In this document: positions 27,582-37,396 of the stretch, piece by piece
Layout of the letters: each line of letters opens with the position of its first letter
Numbering within the stretch: position 1 is the stretch's first letter
NCBI GenBank assembly: GCA_001825035.1
Contig: MHUO01000006.1
Coordinates: forward strand, 19,444 to 75,467
DNA length: 56,024 nucleotides
Reading direction: 5' to 3'
DNA from: Candidatus Wildermuthbacteria bacterium RIFOXYD1_FULL_50_12
GTDB taxonomy: Bacteria > Patescibacteriota > Minisyncoccia > Minisyncoccales > UBA10102
Notes under the pieces: generated by a model
Told to the model about the DNA's origin: nothing
Seen by the model: the letters and a program-made list of their open reading frames with translations, nothing else
Databases searched by the model: none
Program-made: the position numbers and the translations under genes

Positions 27582-29126
27582 CTAACTGCCTTCCTGCAAG
27601 AAAACGATAACTTTATCGCCCTCTTCTATTCCGCTAAGAATTTCGATGTTCCCGTCCGAACCCTGCAAACCAGTTTCCACTTCAACGCGCTCTATGGCCT
27701 CTCCGCGTAAAACTCTCACGTATTTTTTTCCGTCTTCTCGTATAAGCGCTCGCTGCGGTAAGGCAATCACATTATCTTTTTTGGCGCTCTGAATATTGAT
27801 GTTTGCGGTCATGCCAGAGTGAATACGTGGATCTGCTTTCGTGAATTGCAGGGTTATTTTATAGGTAGGAACACCTTCAATAACAATTTCCGCAGGATCA
27901 ACCTTTGTAACCGTGGTTTGGAATACTTCGTCGTGCCCGTAGGCGTCGAGAGTCAACAGAGCCGAATTCCCTCTTTGCAATTTCGCAATGTCGGCCTCAG
28001 GCACGTTTGCCTCAACCTCATATTCAGCTTCCGAGATTATCGTAAGAACAGAACTGTTTGCCAACACGGTTTCCCCTACCCTGATATCACGTTTTGCCAA
28101 CACAGCGTCCATGGGGGCCACAATAGAATACCTGGCAAGATTATCTTGCGCCTCTTGCAAGTCAATTTCTCGCTGTCGCACCGTCAATTCTTGGGAAGCA
28201 ATGGAGAGCGGATAATTCTCCTGTGAATCTTGCTGGCTGTTTATTGCAGTGGTAACGGCAAGTAAATCAGTAACGTAACCACTGATGGTGGCGCTGTGAG
28301 TGGTGAGGCTGGCGATATGTTCATCAATAGCTGCTTGTTTGCTGTGGACGGTGCTGTCTACAAGAATCTCATTCTGAAAAGAACGGATCACATCTCTCCC
28401 CACTTTCACCATATCTGCGGTGTGGACGGCGAGAGCATAGCCAGACTGGATTGCTTTCTGGCGTGCCTCTCCTGTTCCCCGTTGAGCTGCCTGATACTCG
28501 GAGAACCCTTGTTGATACAGCGTTTCTGCCGTTTCGTACATACGTTCGAGGCGCGACGCAACGGCAGATTTATCGGTATAGTCAGCATAGTATCGGATGT
28601 TGTTCTCACTCTCACCCGCAAGGCTAGTACCAAAATAAATACTGTCCAGATCATCCAGTAGAGTTTGATATTCATCGTAGAAATTCGCCAAAATAGCGAG
28701 GCCGTCTTCAAGGCTTTCGTTGAGCGTATCTCCACGCAGAAACTGCGCGTACTCGAGCTGTGTTTTTTCTAAATTCACCCTCGCAATTTCCAGCTGCACC
28801 TCCGCGTTACGAACTTCTGTTTGTGCGTCTTTCGTGTCCAACTGCGCCAGAAGCTCCCCGGCCCTTACCCGCTCACCAACATCTGTCAGAATTCTGCTGA
28901 CCGTTCCAGTCCTCTCAAACGCGAGTTCCACGCGCTCAGCGGGCTTCACGCTTCCCGTAACTATCACCTCCTGCGCAAGGTTTTTACGTTCAGCCACGGT
29001 AAAATCATAATCGGGCGCGCTCCCGCCTCGCTGCAATATAAAAAATCCAGCAGCTAATCCGACCAAAACCAGCAACAAAACAACGCCCTTTCGCTTTTTA
29101 ATTTTCTGCCATGTTTTTCGAAACAT
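27582..29126 (-). CDS. MacA-like periplasmic adaptor (membrane fusion protein)
   Basis: N-terminal TM, VGERVRAGELLA lipoyl half, APMD, GMTA, ILSGIEEGD; start MFRKTW. Confidence 0.88.
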   Translation of the reverse strand: MFRKTWQKIKKRKGVVLLLVLVGLAAGFFILQRGGSAPDYDFTVAERKNLAQEVIVTGSVKPAERVELAFERTGTVSRILTDVGERVRAGELLAQLDTKDAQTEVRNAEVQLEIARVNLEKTQLEYAQFLRGDTLNESLEDGLAILANFYDEYQTLLDDLDSIYFGTSLAGESENNIRYYADYTDKSAVASRLERMYETAETLYQQGFSEYQAAQRGTGEARQKAIQSGYALAVHTADMVKVGRDVIRSFQNEILVDSTVHSKQAAIDEHIASLTTHSATISGYVTDLLAVTTAINSQQDSQENYPLSIASQELTVRQREIDLQEAQDNLARYSIVAPMDAVLAKRDIRVGETVLANSSVLTIISEAEYEVEANVPEADIAKLQRGNSALLTLDAYGHDEVFQTTVTKVDPAEIVIEGVPTYKITLQFTKADPRIHSGMTANINIQSAKKDNVIALPQRALIREDGKKYVRVLRGEAIERVEVETGLQGSDGNIEILSGIEEGDKVIVFLQEGS

Positions 29127-29257
29127 ACGCGGTTTAATTCTACCACAAACTCCCATTTTTTCCATGGCGTCTATTCTAGCTACTCGTTCTTCATTATATC
29201 CGAATTCCGAATATCAAAATGTCAGCTTCAAAGCAATCCTTTCGGGCCATTTTCCCG

Positions 29258-31027
29258 TTAATGAAGCTCGTACTCGCTGAGAAGTTTTCTGTTCCCTTCA
29301 ATCTGATATCGCAGCAATTCGGCATACAAACCTGGCCGGCGCGCCAATTCTTTCGGGTTTCCTTGGTCGACAATCTTTCCGTCGTCCAACACCACGATAC
29401 GATCAACATTCTGAATAGTTGAAAAACGGTGGGCGATGATAATAACCAACCGATCCTCAAAAAGCTTCTCTAAGGCATCCTGAACTAAACGCTCGGATTT
29501 GGAATCCAAACTGCTCGTCGCTTCGTCTAAAATCAAAATTGGCTTATCGTGCAAAATTGCCCGCGCGATCTGAATACGCTGTTTTTGCCCGCCCGACAGT
29601 TTTACTCCGCGCTCGCCTACTCGTGCATCCAATCCGCCCTTAAACATTGACACAAACTCGTACGCATTCGCCTGTTTGAGCGCCTCAATAATATGTTCTT
29701 CGGGAGCATCTTTCGCCCCATAGGCAACGTTCTCTCGAATCGTTGAGGAAAACAGTTCCGTATCTTGGAACACCAACGCCATATGCGCTCGTACCCAAGA
29801 GTGATCGGCCTCTGTATAGCTTTTGTCCGACAGTAGCAATTGCCCGCTCGTCGGCTCATAGAGCTTAAGAATAAGGTTCACCAGAGTTGTTTTGCCGGCT
29901 CCCGAGTGCCCTACCAAAGCAACAACCTCTTGTTTGTCTAAGATAAGGTTCACGTCTGTCAGTACAGACGGGCCGTCCTCATAGGCGAACGTAATGTGAT
30001 CAAGCTGGATTTTCGGTTCTCTTAGTAATGGCAGGCCCTCCTGCGTTTGAAAAACCTCAGAGCCCGAAAGCTCCAGCACCTCAAAGAATGCTTTGGAATC
30101 TGCCTCAGCACGCTGTATCTGCTCCAAAATATAGCTCATCCCAAAGAGCGGCCACCGCAGCTGATTCAACAGCTGAATAACCAACACCATCTCTCCCAGT
30201 GACAACTCTCCCAAAAACGTTTTCCGAAAAACAATGAAGAGAATCGTCACGACGGCAATCTCCAACCCAAACTCTCGGATAAAATTAAGAATGTGGTATT
30301 GGGTTGATTGCCGGTCGTACAGCGTATTAATAGTTTTATATTCATCAGAAACATAACCCCACTCTCGCTTTTGCGTATTATAGGTTTTTACCAGTTTGAT
30401 ATTGCTGATCACTTCCTGAGTGCGACCGCGGCTGGCATCTTCATGAACATTTTTCTCTGCTTGAATCTTGCCCCACTTGTGTGAGGAATAACTTGAGATG
30501 CCAATGTACACGGGGAACACTGCCAGAGCCAGCAAGGCAATCCCCCAGTCAAAATACGCGAGCACCGCAATTGCAAACACCGCCTGCAACAGGGAAGGCA
30601 TAATAAAGTTTGTCGCTCCCCCGACAAACTCACGAATGGAGATAATGCCCCGATTGAGCTGGTTTACGATTTTCCCTGAAATTTCAGAATCAAAGTACCG
30701 TTGAGGTAGCGTAAAAATTTTCCGGTAGTAAATCTCAGTCAGGTATCGGCCAAGACGTGAAGCGATATGATCCCCCAAACGCTGGCTGACGGTATTGATG
30801 GCTACCAAACCAATGTTAATCGCGAGAATCAACGCAAACAAAAACAGTAGCCGCTCGTAATTTCCCGTGCCCCCACTTATCTGCTGGGCCAACTCATCAA
30901 CCACAAACTTCAGCGTTACGGGCGTGGCTTGCTGCAGAATCGCCTGAATCGTAATCAATACACAAGCTATCGCAATCCACTTGTGCTGCGGCTTTGAAAG
31001 CTTAATTATCTTGAAAATACTACTCAT
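29258..31027 (-). CDS. MsbA/MDR-type ABC exporter (TMD plus NBD)
   Basis: Six-TM N-half; GHSGAGKT, LSGGQKQR, LDEATSSLD. Confidence 0.93.
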   Translation of the reverse strand: MSSIFKIIKLSKPQHKWIAIACVLITIQAILQQATPVTLKFVVDELAQQISGGTGNYERLLFLFALILAINIGLVAINTVSQRLGDHIASRLGRYLTEIYYRKIFTLPQRYFDSEISGKIVNQLNRGIISIREFVGGATNFIMPSLLQAVFAIAVLAYFDWGIALLALAVFPVYIGISSYSSHKWGKIQAEKNVHEDASRGRTQEVISNIKLVKTYNTQKREWGYVSDEYKTINTLYDRQSTQYHILNFIREFGLEIAVVTILFIVFRKTFLGELSLGEMVLVIQLLNQLRWPLFGMSYILEQIQRAEADSKAFFEVLELSGSEVFQTQEGLPLLREPKIQLDHITFAYEDGPSVLTDVNLILDKQEVVALVGHSGAGKTTLVNLILKLYEPTSGQLLLSDKSYTEADHSWVRAHMALVFQDTELFSSTIRENVAYGAKDAPEEHIIEALKQANAYEFVSMFKGGLDARVGERGVKLSGGQKQRIQIARAILHDKPILILDEATSSLDSKSERLVQDALEKLFEDRLVIIIAHRFSTIQNVDRIVVLDDGKIVDQGNPKELARRPGLYAELLRYQIEGNRKLLSEYELH

Positions 31028-31115
31028 AAATATTGGTAGATTCTACCAACTTTCAACTCGAAAAACCACTCGTGGTGAGTTTATTTAAACTATGTGTGGT
31101 GAATTCAGAAGACGA

Positions 31116-33293
31116 TTAGAGTTTCTTGCGGCGGAGGAGAGTGGCGTTGACGGCGACAATTACGGTGGAGGCAGACATAAAAATGGCGGCAAGCGCCGGC
31201 TCCAAAACAATTCCTTTAAAGTAAAGGACTCCTGCGGCCAGGGGCAGAGCCACCAGATTGTATCCCGTTGCCCAAAACAGATTCTGCAGCATTTTACTAA
31301 ACGTGAGTTTCGACAAGTGAATGATTTTAGGAATGTCGCGCGGGTCGTTTTTTACCAGAATAATCCCAGCTGATTCAATTGCCACGTTGGTGCCGGCTCC
31401 AATAGCAATGCCCAAGTCCGCCTGCGTTAAAGCTGGGGCGTCGTTTACGCCATCGCCCACGAAAGCAACGCGCACTCCCCGCGCTTGCAGCGCTTTTACT
31501 TTTTCAGCTTTTTGGTCCGGCAAAACTCTCGCAAAATACTCATCAATCCCGAGTTCTCCGGCGACCCATTTGGCAACATCTTCCGAATCGCCGGTAACCA
31601 TAGCAACTCTCATGCCCTGCGCGTGGAGCATGTCTGCTGCCTCCCTTGATTCCTCTCGAATAACATCGGCTAAAGCGATGGCTCCTGCCAGCCGATTCCC
31701 TGCGAGAACATATACGACTGTTTTGCCCTGAGCTTCCAACTCGGCAATTTTGGAAGCGAGAATTTCTTCAAGGCGCGCGCCCCGTTCCCTGAGCAATACA
31801 TCGCTTCCCACCAGCACTTCTTGCCCGTCAACAGAACCCTTTGCGCCTTTCCCGGGTATGCGCTGAAAGTCCTGCGCGTTCACCAATTGAATTTTCTTGT
31901 CCTGCGCATGGCTCACGATTGCTTTTGCTATAGCATGTTCTGAATGCCGATTCACCGAAGCTCCCAGCCGCAAAATCTCATCCTCCTTGAAGCCCTGTGA
32001 CTGGAGAACCGCGTCTACTCCAAACTCACCCTTGGTAAGCGTGCCTGTCTTATCAAATAGCACAACGTCAACGTTGCGCGCGGCCTCCAAGGCTAGCCGC
32101 TGCTTTACGAGAAATCCATTCTGAGCCGCAAGATTGGTAGAAATGGAAGCTACAAGAGGCACTGCTAAACCCAACGCATGCGGACAGGCAATCACGAGCA
32201 CCGCGACAAGACGCGCTACTGCAAATGCCGCCTCTTGATCGCTAAACAGCAGCCAAGCAAGAAGAGTACTGACTCCACCGGTCACGGCGACAACCGTAAG
32301 ATAGAACGCGGCGCGGTCAGAAAGCATCTGAAGGCGTGACTTGGACGCTGCAGCTTCTTGCACCAAGCGCATCACTCCAGCCAGAAAGGTGTTTTCCCCT
32401 ATTTTGAGCACTTCTACCTCCAAACTTCCGTCTCCGTTACTGGTTCCCGCAATCACTTCGGCGCCCGGATTCTTGGCCACGAGCTTTGACTCTCCGGTAA
32501 CGATGGATTCATTGAGTTCTGACTTACCCTTAAGAACCTTCCCGTCCGCAGGAACTTTTGCTCCCGGCTTTACCAACATCACATCCCCTACCTTGAGCTC
32601 GGATATTTGGACCGTCTTCGTTCCGTTTTCAACCACAAGTTCTGCAGTATCAGGCAGGAGCTTTGCCAGCTCCCGCAGCGCTCCCCGCGCCCCTTGCACT
32701 GCTTTCATTTCAAGCCAATGGCCCAAAAGCATAATCGTCACCAATGTCGCAAGTTCCCAAAAAAGCGGTTTTGCGTTCGCGAAGACGGCGTAGACGCTCC
32801 AGAGATAGGCAGCGGTAACAGCAAGCGCAATGAGCGTCATCATACCAGGCAGGCGCGCCTTGAGTTCTCTGGCAGCTCCCATCAAAAACACCCATCCCCC
32901 GTAGAAAAACACGGCAGATCCCAGAAGTAATTGAAGGTACCCGGATCCGAAAAAACGCGGGGCTTCCCATCCCAAAAAGAGTTTGGGCAATTCAGAATAC
33001 GCGAGAATAGGAACGGTCAAAGCCAAACTCACCCAGAATTTGCGGAAAAACATCTGAGTGGAATGCCCCTCGTGTTTACCTGCCCCGTGGTCGGCGTGAG
33101 CCGACTTTACGGGGTCGTGCGTCTCGTGATTTTTCTCTTTACTCTTTTCACCCGGCACTAAATTCATCCCGCACTCCGGGCACATCCCGGGGCTTTCCCT
33201 ACGCACTTCAGGATGCATCGGACACGTATAGACGACCCCAACTTGACCCCCACGATTATCGCCGTGATTTTTATGGCCCTTACAACAGTTCAT
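31116..33293 (-). CDS. copB: Copper-translocating P1B ATPase (CopB-like, P1B-3)
   Basis: YTCPMHP...CPECGM domain, His-rich N-terminus, TGES, CPHAL, DKTGT, GDGVNDAP. Confidence 0.85.
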   Translation of the reverse strand: MNCCKGHKNHGDNRGGQVGVVYTCPMHPEVRRESPGMCPECGMNLVPGEKSKEKNHETHDPVKSAHADHGAGKHEGHSTQMFFRKFWVSLALTVPILAYSELPKLFLGWEAPRFFGSGYLQLLLGSAVFFYGGWVFLMGAARELKARLPGMMTLIALAVTAAYLWSVYAVFANAKPLFWELATLVTIMLLGHWLEMKAVQGARGALRELAKLLPDTAELVVENGTKTVQISELKVGDVMLVKPGAKVPADGKVLKGKSELNESIVTGESKLVAKNPGAEVIAGTSNGDGSLEVEVLKIGENTFLAGVMRLVQEAAASKSRLQMLSDRAAFYLTVVAVTGGVSTLLAWLLFSDQEAAFAVARLVAVLVIACPHALGLAVPLVASISTNLAAQNGFLVKQRLALEAARNVDVVLFDKTGTLTKGEFGVDAVLQSQGFKEDEILRLGASVNRHSEHAIAKAIVSHAQDKKIQLVNAQDFQRIPGKGAKGSVDGQEVLVGSDVLLRERGARLEEILASKIAELEAQGKTVVYVLAGNRLAGAIALADVIREESREAADMLHAQGMRVAMVTGDSEDVAKWVAGELGIDEYFARVLPDQKAEKVKALQARGVRVAFVGDGVNDAPALTQADLGIAIGAGTNVAIESAGIILVKNDPRDIPKIIHLSKLTFSKMLQNLFWATGYNLVALPLAAGVLYFKGIVLEPALAAIFMSASTVIVAVNATLLRRKKL
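33083..33114. repeat. Palindromic in-frame insert CCCCGTGGTCGGC-GTGA-GCCGACTTTACGGGG in the ATPase N-terminus
   Basis: Imperfect hairpin; encodes PVKSAHADHGA between HD and GKHEGH. Confidence 0.6.
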
Positions 33294-33317
33294 ACTTTTT
33301 TCATTATTTCATGCCAT

Positions 33318-33971
33318 TTACAGTGTATCGTTGTTTTGTACGGTTAGCTTTGCAATTTCTGTCCATAATTGGTCGTTGTGGATTCCCATATAGGAATCAT
33401 CAGAAACATATCTCACAGTCCCTTCTTTGTCGATCACGACATAGGTATGCCCGGGATAGACGCCGGGGTGCATGGAAGAGGGAACTGAAAGAGCGCCGAA
33501 TTTCTTTGAGACGGAAGCTCCGCTGTCAAAAACCACCAACGCTTCTGCCAGCTCTGGCATTTTACTGACTGCTTGCTGCCAATCTCGCGGCGAGTCAATA
33601 ACCACGGAAAGAACCACGATGTCATCGCTTTTGAACCGATTGTCTTGGCTAAAGGCAACAATTTGATTCCAGCACGCCGGGTAGCACATCAATCCTTCAT
33701 TAAAAAAGAGGATGACGTTTTTGCCGCGCAGACCGTCCGGTGAATAGGCATTGCCATCGCGATCAACGAGAGAAAAATCGGGCGTCTGTTCATTCACCAA
33801 GCTCTCAAGATATTCAAGCGAAACATTTTGTCCCGCATTCGGATGATGGGGGTCGGCCGCGATATTGTCTGGAGCGTCCTCTCTGTTCTTGCCGCCGAAG
33901 TAAAGCAGCGCAGCCACAAGCGCGATGACTCCTACGATTGATAGAATTGTCTTTGCATTATTTTTCTTCAT
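33318..33971 (-). CDS. Membrane-anchored AhpC/TSA (redoxin) family protein
   Basis: PDFSL, GKNVILFF, MCYPAC, VIDKEG.VR. Confidence 0.8.
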   Translation of the reverse strand: MKKNNAKTILSIVGVIALVAALLYFGGKNREDAPDNIAADPHHPNAGQNVSLEYLESLVNEQTPDFSLVDRDGNAYSPDGLRGKNVILFFNEGLMCYPACWNQIVAFSQDNRFKSDDIVVLSVVIDSPRDWQQAVSKMPELAEALVVFDSGASVSKKFGALSVPSSMHPGVYPGHTYVVIDKEGTVRYVSDDSYMGIHNDQLWTEIAKLTVQNNDTL

Positions 33972-34830
33972 GTTTTTCTTTTTTTAATTGATTAATGAAT
34001 GACCTACCAATGAGGACAATCGCTACGATAAGTAACGCTGCCCACACATATTCAGGCACAACCTTTATAAAAGCGCTTGCCGAATTTAAAACTTTTGTCA
34101 GAAAGATATTGATGTTTACCTGGTATTCGGAATGAACGAAAAGGCGGTTGGTGATCGCCAAGTACCCAATCAGCGTTCCCATTGCGAGAAAAGTGATACC
34201 AGAGATGGCCTCGGAAATCGTGATGCTGATTTTTTTGCTTCCCAGCGAGTATCCAATCGGCCTCTGAAACGTCTTATTGAATTTCTGCGTAAAATTGATC
34301 TTATCCAAAAAGAAGGAAATGAGGAACAACGGCGCGACCATACCAAATACATAGCTTAAAGTGTAAAGCCCTCCCCACGCCATTGACCCTGGCAGCGCCG
34401 CCAGGGTCAGGACGCCGGCCAATACCGGTGCGCAGCAAGTCGTCGCTATTCCCGAAAAAAATCCAAGGACAAACACAGAAAGAGCATTATGCCTTTTCAA
34501 TGACGGATTAACTCTGTAGGGCAGAGAAAAATGCTTGCCGGTGAGAAGAATGAACCCCAACAAAACCAGAAAGGCGGCGCCGACAAGGAAGATGGCATTA
34601 TGATACTGGCTGAATATCCTGCCGAGCGCCGCGGCCCCTAATCCTATCGGAAGAAACACCGCAAGAATCCCCAAGAAAAATATAAATGTCATCAAGAACA
34701 CTTTATACCTTTCCCGAAAGATGGAAGCGAAATACGTCGGCAGAAGAACGGTGATACAACAGGGGGCAAAAAGAGCCGCAACTCCGGCTACGAACGCCGC
34801 GATTAATGATGCACTTAATAGCAATTCCAT
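33958..34830 (-). CDS. CcdA/DsbD-like disulfide transporter
   Basis: FAPCC and TCCAPVL motifs in TM helices. Confidence 0.8.
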   Translation of the reverse strand: MELLLSASLIAAFVAGVAALFAPCCITVLLPTYFASIFRERYKVFLMTFIFFLGILAVFLPIGLGAAALGRIFSQYHNAIFLVGAAFLVLLGFILLTGKHFSLPYRVNPSLKRHNALSVFVLGFFSGIATTCCAPVLAGVLTLAALPGSMAWGGLYTLSYVFGMVAPLFLISFFLDKINFTQKFNKTFQRPIGYSLGSKKISITISEAISGITFLAMGTLIGYLAITNRLFVHSEYQVNINIFLTKVLNSASAFIKVVPEYVWAALLIVAIVLIGRSFINQLKKEKHEEK

Positions 34831-34831
34831 G

Positions 34832-35311
34832 TTATTGAATCAGCCAAGTAAAATTTCGTTCTTGAATGCCGCCCACCCCAAAAATCTTGAGCGTTATTGA
34901 TTCTGACAAGGGCGATACGGGATTGAATCTCAGTATTCCGCTCCGATGATGCCCCCCGGGCGCCTGCCTGCCGGCAGGCAGGAATCCCTCCTCCCAGGCA
35001 ATCGGCATATATTCATTTCCTTTATCGTCGAGGAGGACTGCAGTTTTTGTGAGGTCGGCAGTCAGTTCTTCAGAGTGAGTATCCAGAACGATAGTAAAAT
35101 TCCATTCCCTATTAGAAAAATCCTGGGGCGTTACCGTAATGTTTACAACGCCCTCACTATTTGTTTGCGGTTCCAAGTTAGAAATTTGAGTTGCAGATTC
35201 GGCTGGTGCCGGCGATTGCGTTTCTTGTTCTTTATTCGGTTTATTATTTAGGAACCACAGTCCGATGACTAAAACCCCTCCAAGGATAATTATCGACAGG
35301 TAGAATCTCAT
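34832..35311 (-). CDS. Exported hypothetical protein (DTHS / GGHH metal-like motifs)
   Basis: N-terminal TM; LDTHS, PGGHHRSG; contains palindrome 34963-34982. Confidence 0.7.
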   Translation of the reverse strand: MRFYLSIIILGGVLVIGLWFLNNKPNKEQETQSPAPAESATQISNLEPQTNSEGVVNITVTPQDFSNREWNFTIVLDTHSEELTADLTKTAVLLDDKGNEYMPIAWEEGFLPAGRQAPGGHHRSGILRFNPVSPLSESITLKIFGVGGIQERNFTWLIQ

Positions 35312-35736
35312 AGGCGTTGGAATATAATGACCTTCCGGCCGATGTAAATTATGCCCGCGATGTTAAAAATCAACCCAATCCAAAACAACTGAATTTGATA
35401 CTGACCCACCAAACTGACAATTCCGGTGATCCCAATAATGGGCAGGATATTCACGAGATAATGCCCGCAGCAAGAAAGCATAGCCGCGGTGGAAGTAGTC
35501 CCAGAAACAGCCAGAACGCTACCAGAACTATTTTTCTGATGAACAGCGTTTCTAAGGTAAGTATAAAGTCCGATTTGAACTCCAAAACCAGCCGCCAGAG
35601 GAACGATAAAGTACCAGAATCTGCTAAACTGGCTCAGGGCAAAGGGTCGACCGGAAATGAAACTAACCACGGAGAAATACACGACCAGCAAAGCAGCCGC
35701 GCCAATCACCCCATTGATTGTGGCTCTAAAAACCAT
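35308..35736 (-). CDS. Membrane protein with SCCGH motif
   Basis: Four hydrophobic segments; lies in the copper operon. Confidence 0.7.
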   Translation of the reverse strand: MVFRATINGVIGAAALLVVYFSVVSFISGRPFALSQFSRFWYFIVPLAAGFGVQIGLYTYLRNAVHQKNSSGSVLAVSGTTSTAAMLSCCGHYLVNILPIIGITGIVSLVGQYQIQLFWIGLIFNIAGIIYIGRKVIIFQRL

Positions 35737-35739
35737 GAT

Positions 35740-35910
35740 CTAATGACAACTTCCTCCCCGCGGTTTTGACTGCTCTTTTGCCAAGCTCTTGCGATATTCT
35801 TCTTTACAGTTTTCGGAGCAAAATTCTTTGCCGTATCCTTCAAGATATTCTTTCTCTCTGTCGAGTTCCATCTTACAAATAGGACATTTTTTCTTGAAAA
35901 TATTGAACAT
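35740..35910 (-). CDS. YHS/TRASH-type metal-binding microprotein (56 aa)
   Basis: MFNIFKKKCPICKM...FCSENC...GGSCH*; below the ORF-track length cut-off. Confidence 0.8.
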   Translation of the reverse strand: MFNIFKKKCPICKMELDREKEYLEGYGKEFCSENCKEEYRKSLAKEQSKPRGGSCH

Positions 35911-35924
35911 GATCTATATGAGGG

Positions 35925-36134
35925 CTACTTTCTCTCCTGCTTTAGATACACAAGAGTGCATACAAGAGCGGAGATACCAATGAGCGTAAGCACTACTGCG
36001 TCAAAGTAGAGGTGTTGCTGGGAAAATCCCAAAACAGCCCCGTTTTCACCGGCAACCCACGCTCCAACGAGCGCAAGCCCGCCCAAAATACCGAATGCTC
36101 CACCCAGGAAATGCATGGCTGATGATTTTTTCAT
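35925..36134 (-). CDS. Small two-TM membrane protein
   Basis: 69 aa ORF in the operon. Confidence 0.65.
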   Translation of the reverse strand: MKKSSAMHFLGGAFGILGGLALVGAWVAGENGAVLGFSQQHLYFDAVVLTLIGISALVCTLVYLKQERK

Positions 36135-36155
36135 ATTATATCGTATGGAAATACC

Positions 36156-36431
36156 TTATATTTTTGACCTTTTCGACAACTTATAAATTTCCAGGATCTC
36201 TTTTGTTGATTTTGATTCCTTGCCGGATTTTATCTGCTCGACAACATGGGTGGAGAGATGGTTTTCTAAAATGAGGTCTTCCACGCTCGAAAGCGCCTGT
36301 TTCACCGCAAGCGACTGTCGCAATATGTCTATGCAATATTCGTCCTCTTCTATCATTCTCTGGAGACCACGAATCTGGCCCTCCAGAATTTTTAATCGCC
36401 GGATAGCTTTTTGCTTCAAGTTTTGCTTCAT
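36156..36431 (-). CDS. csoR: CsoR/RcnR-family metal-sensing repressor
   Basis: RRLKILEGQIRGL...YCIDIL...ENHLSTH; start MKQNLK with GGAG SD. Confidence 0.88.
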   Translation of the reverse strand: MKQNLKQKAIRRLKILEGQIRGLQRMIEEDEYCIDILRQSLAVKQALSSVEDLILENHLSTHVVEQIKSGKESKSTKEILEIYKLSKRSKI

Positions 36432-36440
36432 ACTATCTCC

Positions 36441-36469
36441 AGTATACCCCCAGGGGGTATTCCTGTCAA
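36441..36469 (-). promoter_or_regulatory. Sigma70 promoter TTGACA-N17-TATACT with CsoR operator ATACCCCCAGGGGGTAT (36444-36460)
   Basis: Perfect 8-1-8 palindrome with C/G tracts, spanning the spacer and overlapping the -10, upstream of csoR. Confidence 0.88.
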
Positions 36470-36472
36470 CCC

Positions 36473-37375
36473 CTACACTCCGCAGCTGCCGCCTCCCTGA
36501 AATTGGATCGGCTGTACTTCGGCAAGAATCCGTTGATAACCCTGCGCGCTTGAGTACGCAGCTCCCAACACTTCTCTTGCGCTTACCTTGTCCCACGCGA
36601 TGCCACGGTTTGCAAAGTATTGCGCGATCGTAAGGTAGGTATCGGGAAACCAGTACGAATTTACCTGAAGCGCAGCCCGATACATTTCTTCTTCTGAAAC
36701 TCCCTGCGAAGCCATCAATTCAAGAAGCCCAAGCATTGCCATGCCATGGTTGCAGTCGGGGAAATAGGTTGAGTTCCCGCAGCAGGGGCGATAGATGTTG
36801 TTTGCCACGCGCTCCACAAGCGCCTGCTGTTCTCTCGACAAAACAACAAACGCATGCTTGCTATAGTGATCCATCGCATCCCCCCGAGACAACGTCCATC
36901 CGCCCGTAGAGGCGAATCTGCCAGCGTCCCCGCCGTATTGCGGACTTACCATCGGCCCTTCTTTAAGAATTGGGTTGTCGTTTGCCAATCCAAGCGCCCA
37001 GAGAAGATTCAAAAGCGCGCCCGCATTTTGGCTGTTGATAGTCAAGTACCCGTTGTCCTTGCCCTCCAGGAGAGCCCGCTCTTCGTCTGTCAACCCCCCT
37101 CTCTGCCCATAGAGCGCGAGGAACTTTTCTTTTTCTATTACTCCGGCTTCTGTCATCTGCGAACCCAAACGACCCCACACAACCGGAAGCACGACTCCGT
37201 CTGAAGGAAGCACAGCTTCCTCCAAAACAACTTCTCCCGGCTCCAAACTGTCATTTTTGGAATCAGGCGAACTGACCAGCGCCCCCGTTATGAGGAATCC
37301 CGCTAGAAACAAGGCAACAACCTGCCACGTCCGGCCGGCGCTGTGTTTCTTGGATTCTTCTTTATTTTCTTCCAT
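36473..37375 (-). CDS. Membrane-anchored Cys/His-rich hypothetical protein
   Basis: RPCCGNS...PDCNHGM; C-terminal GGGSCGV. Confidence 0.75.
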   Translation of the reverse strand: MEENKEESKKHSAGRTWQVVALFLAGFLITGALVSSPDSKNDSLEPGEVVLEEAVLPSDGVVLPVVWGRLGSQMTEAGVIEKEKFLALYGQRGGLTDEERALLEGKDNGYLTINSQNAGALLNLLWALGLANDNPILKEGPMVSPQYGGDAGRFASTGGWTLSRGDAMDHYSKHAFVVLSREQQALVERVANNIYRPCCGNSTYFPDCNHGMAMLGLLELMASQGVSEEEMYRAALQVNSYWFPDTYLTIAQYFANRGIAWDKVSAREVLGAAYSSAQGYQRILAEVQPIQFQGGGSCGV

Positions 37376-37396
37376 ACCCAATGCGTTACTTTGATA

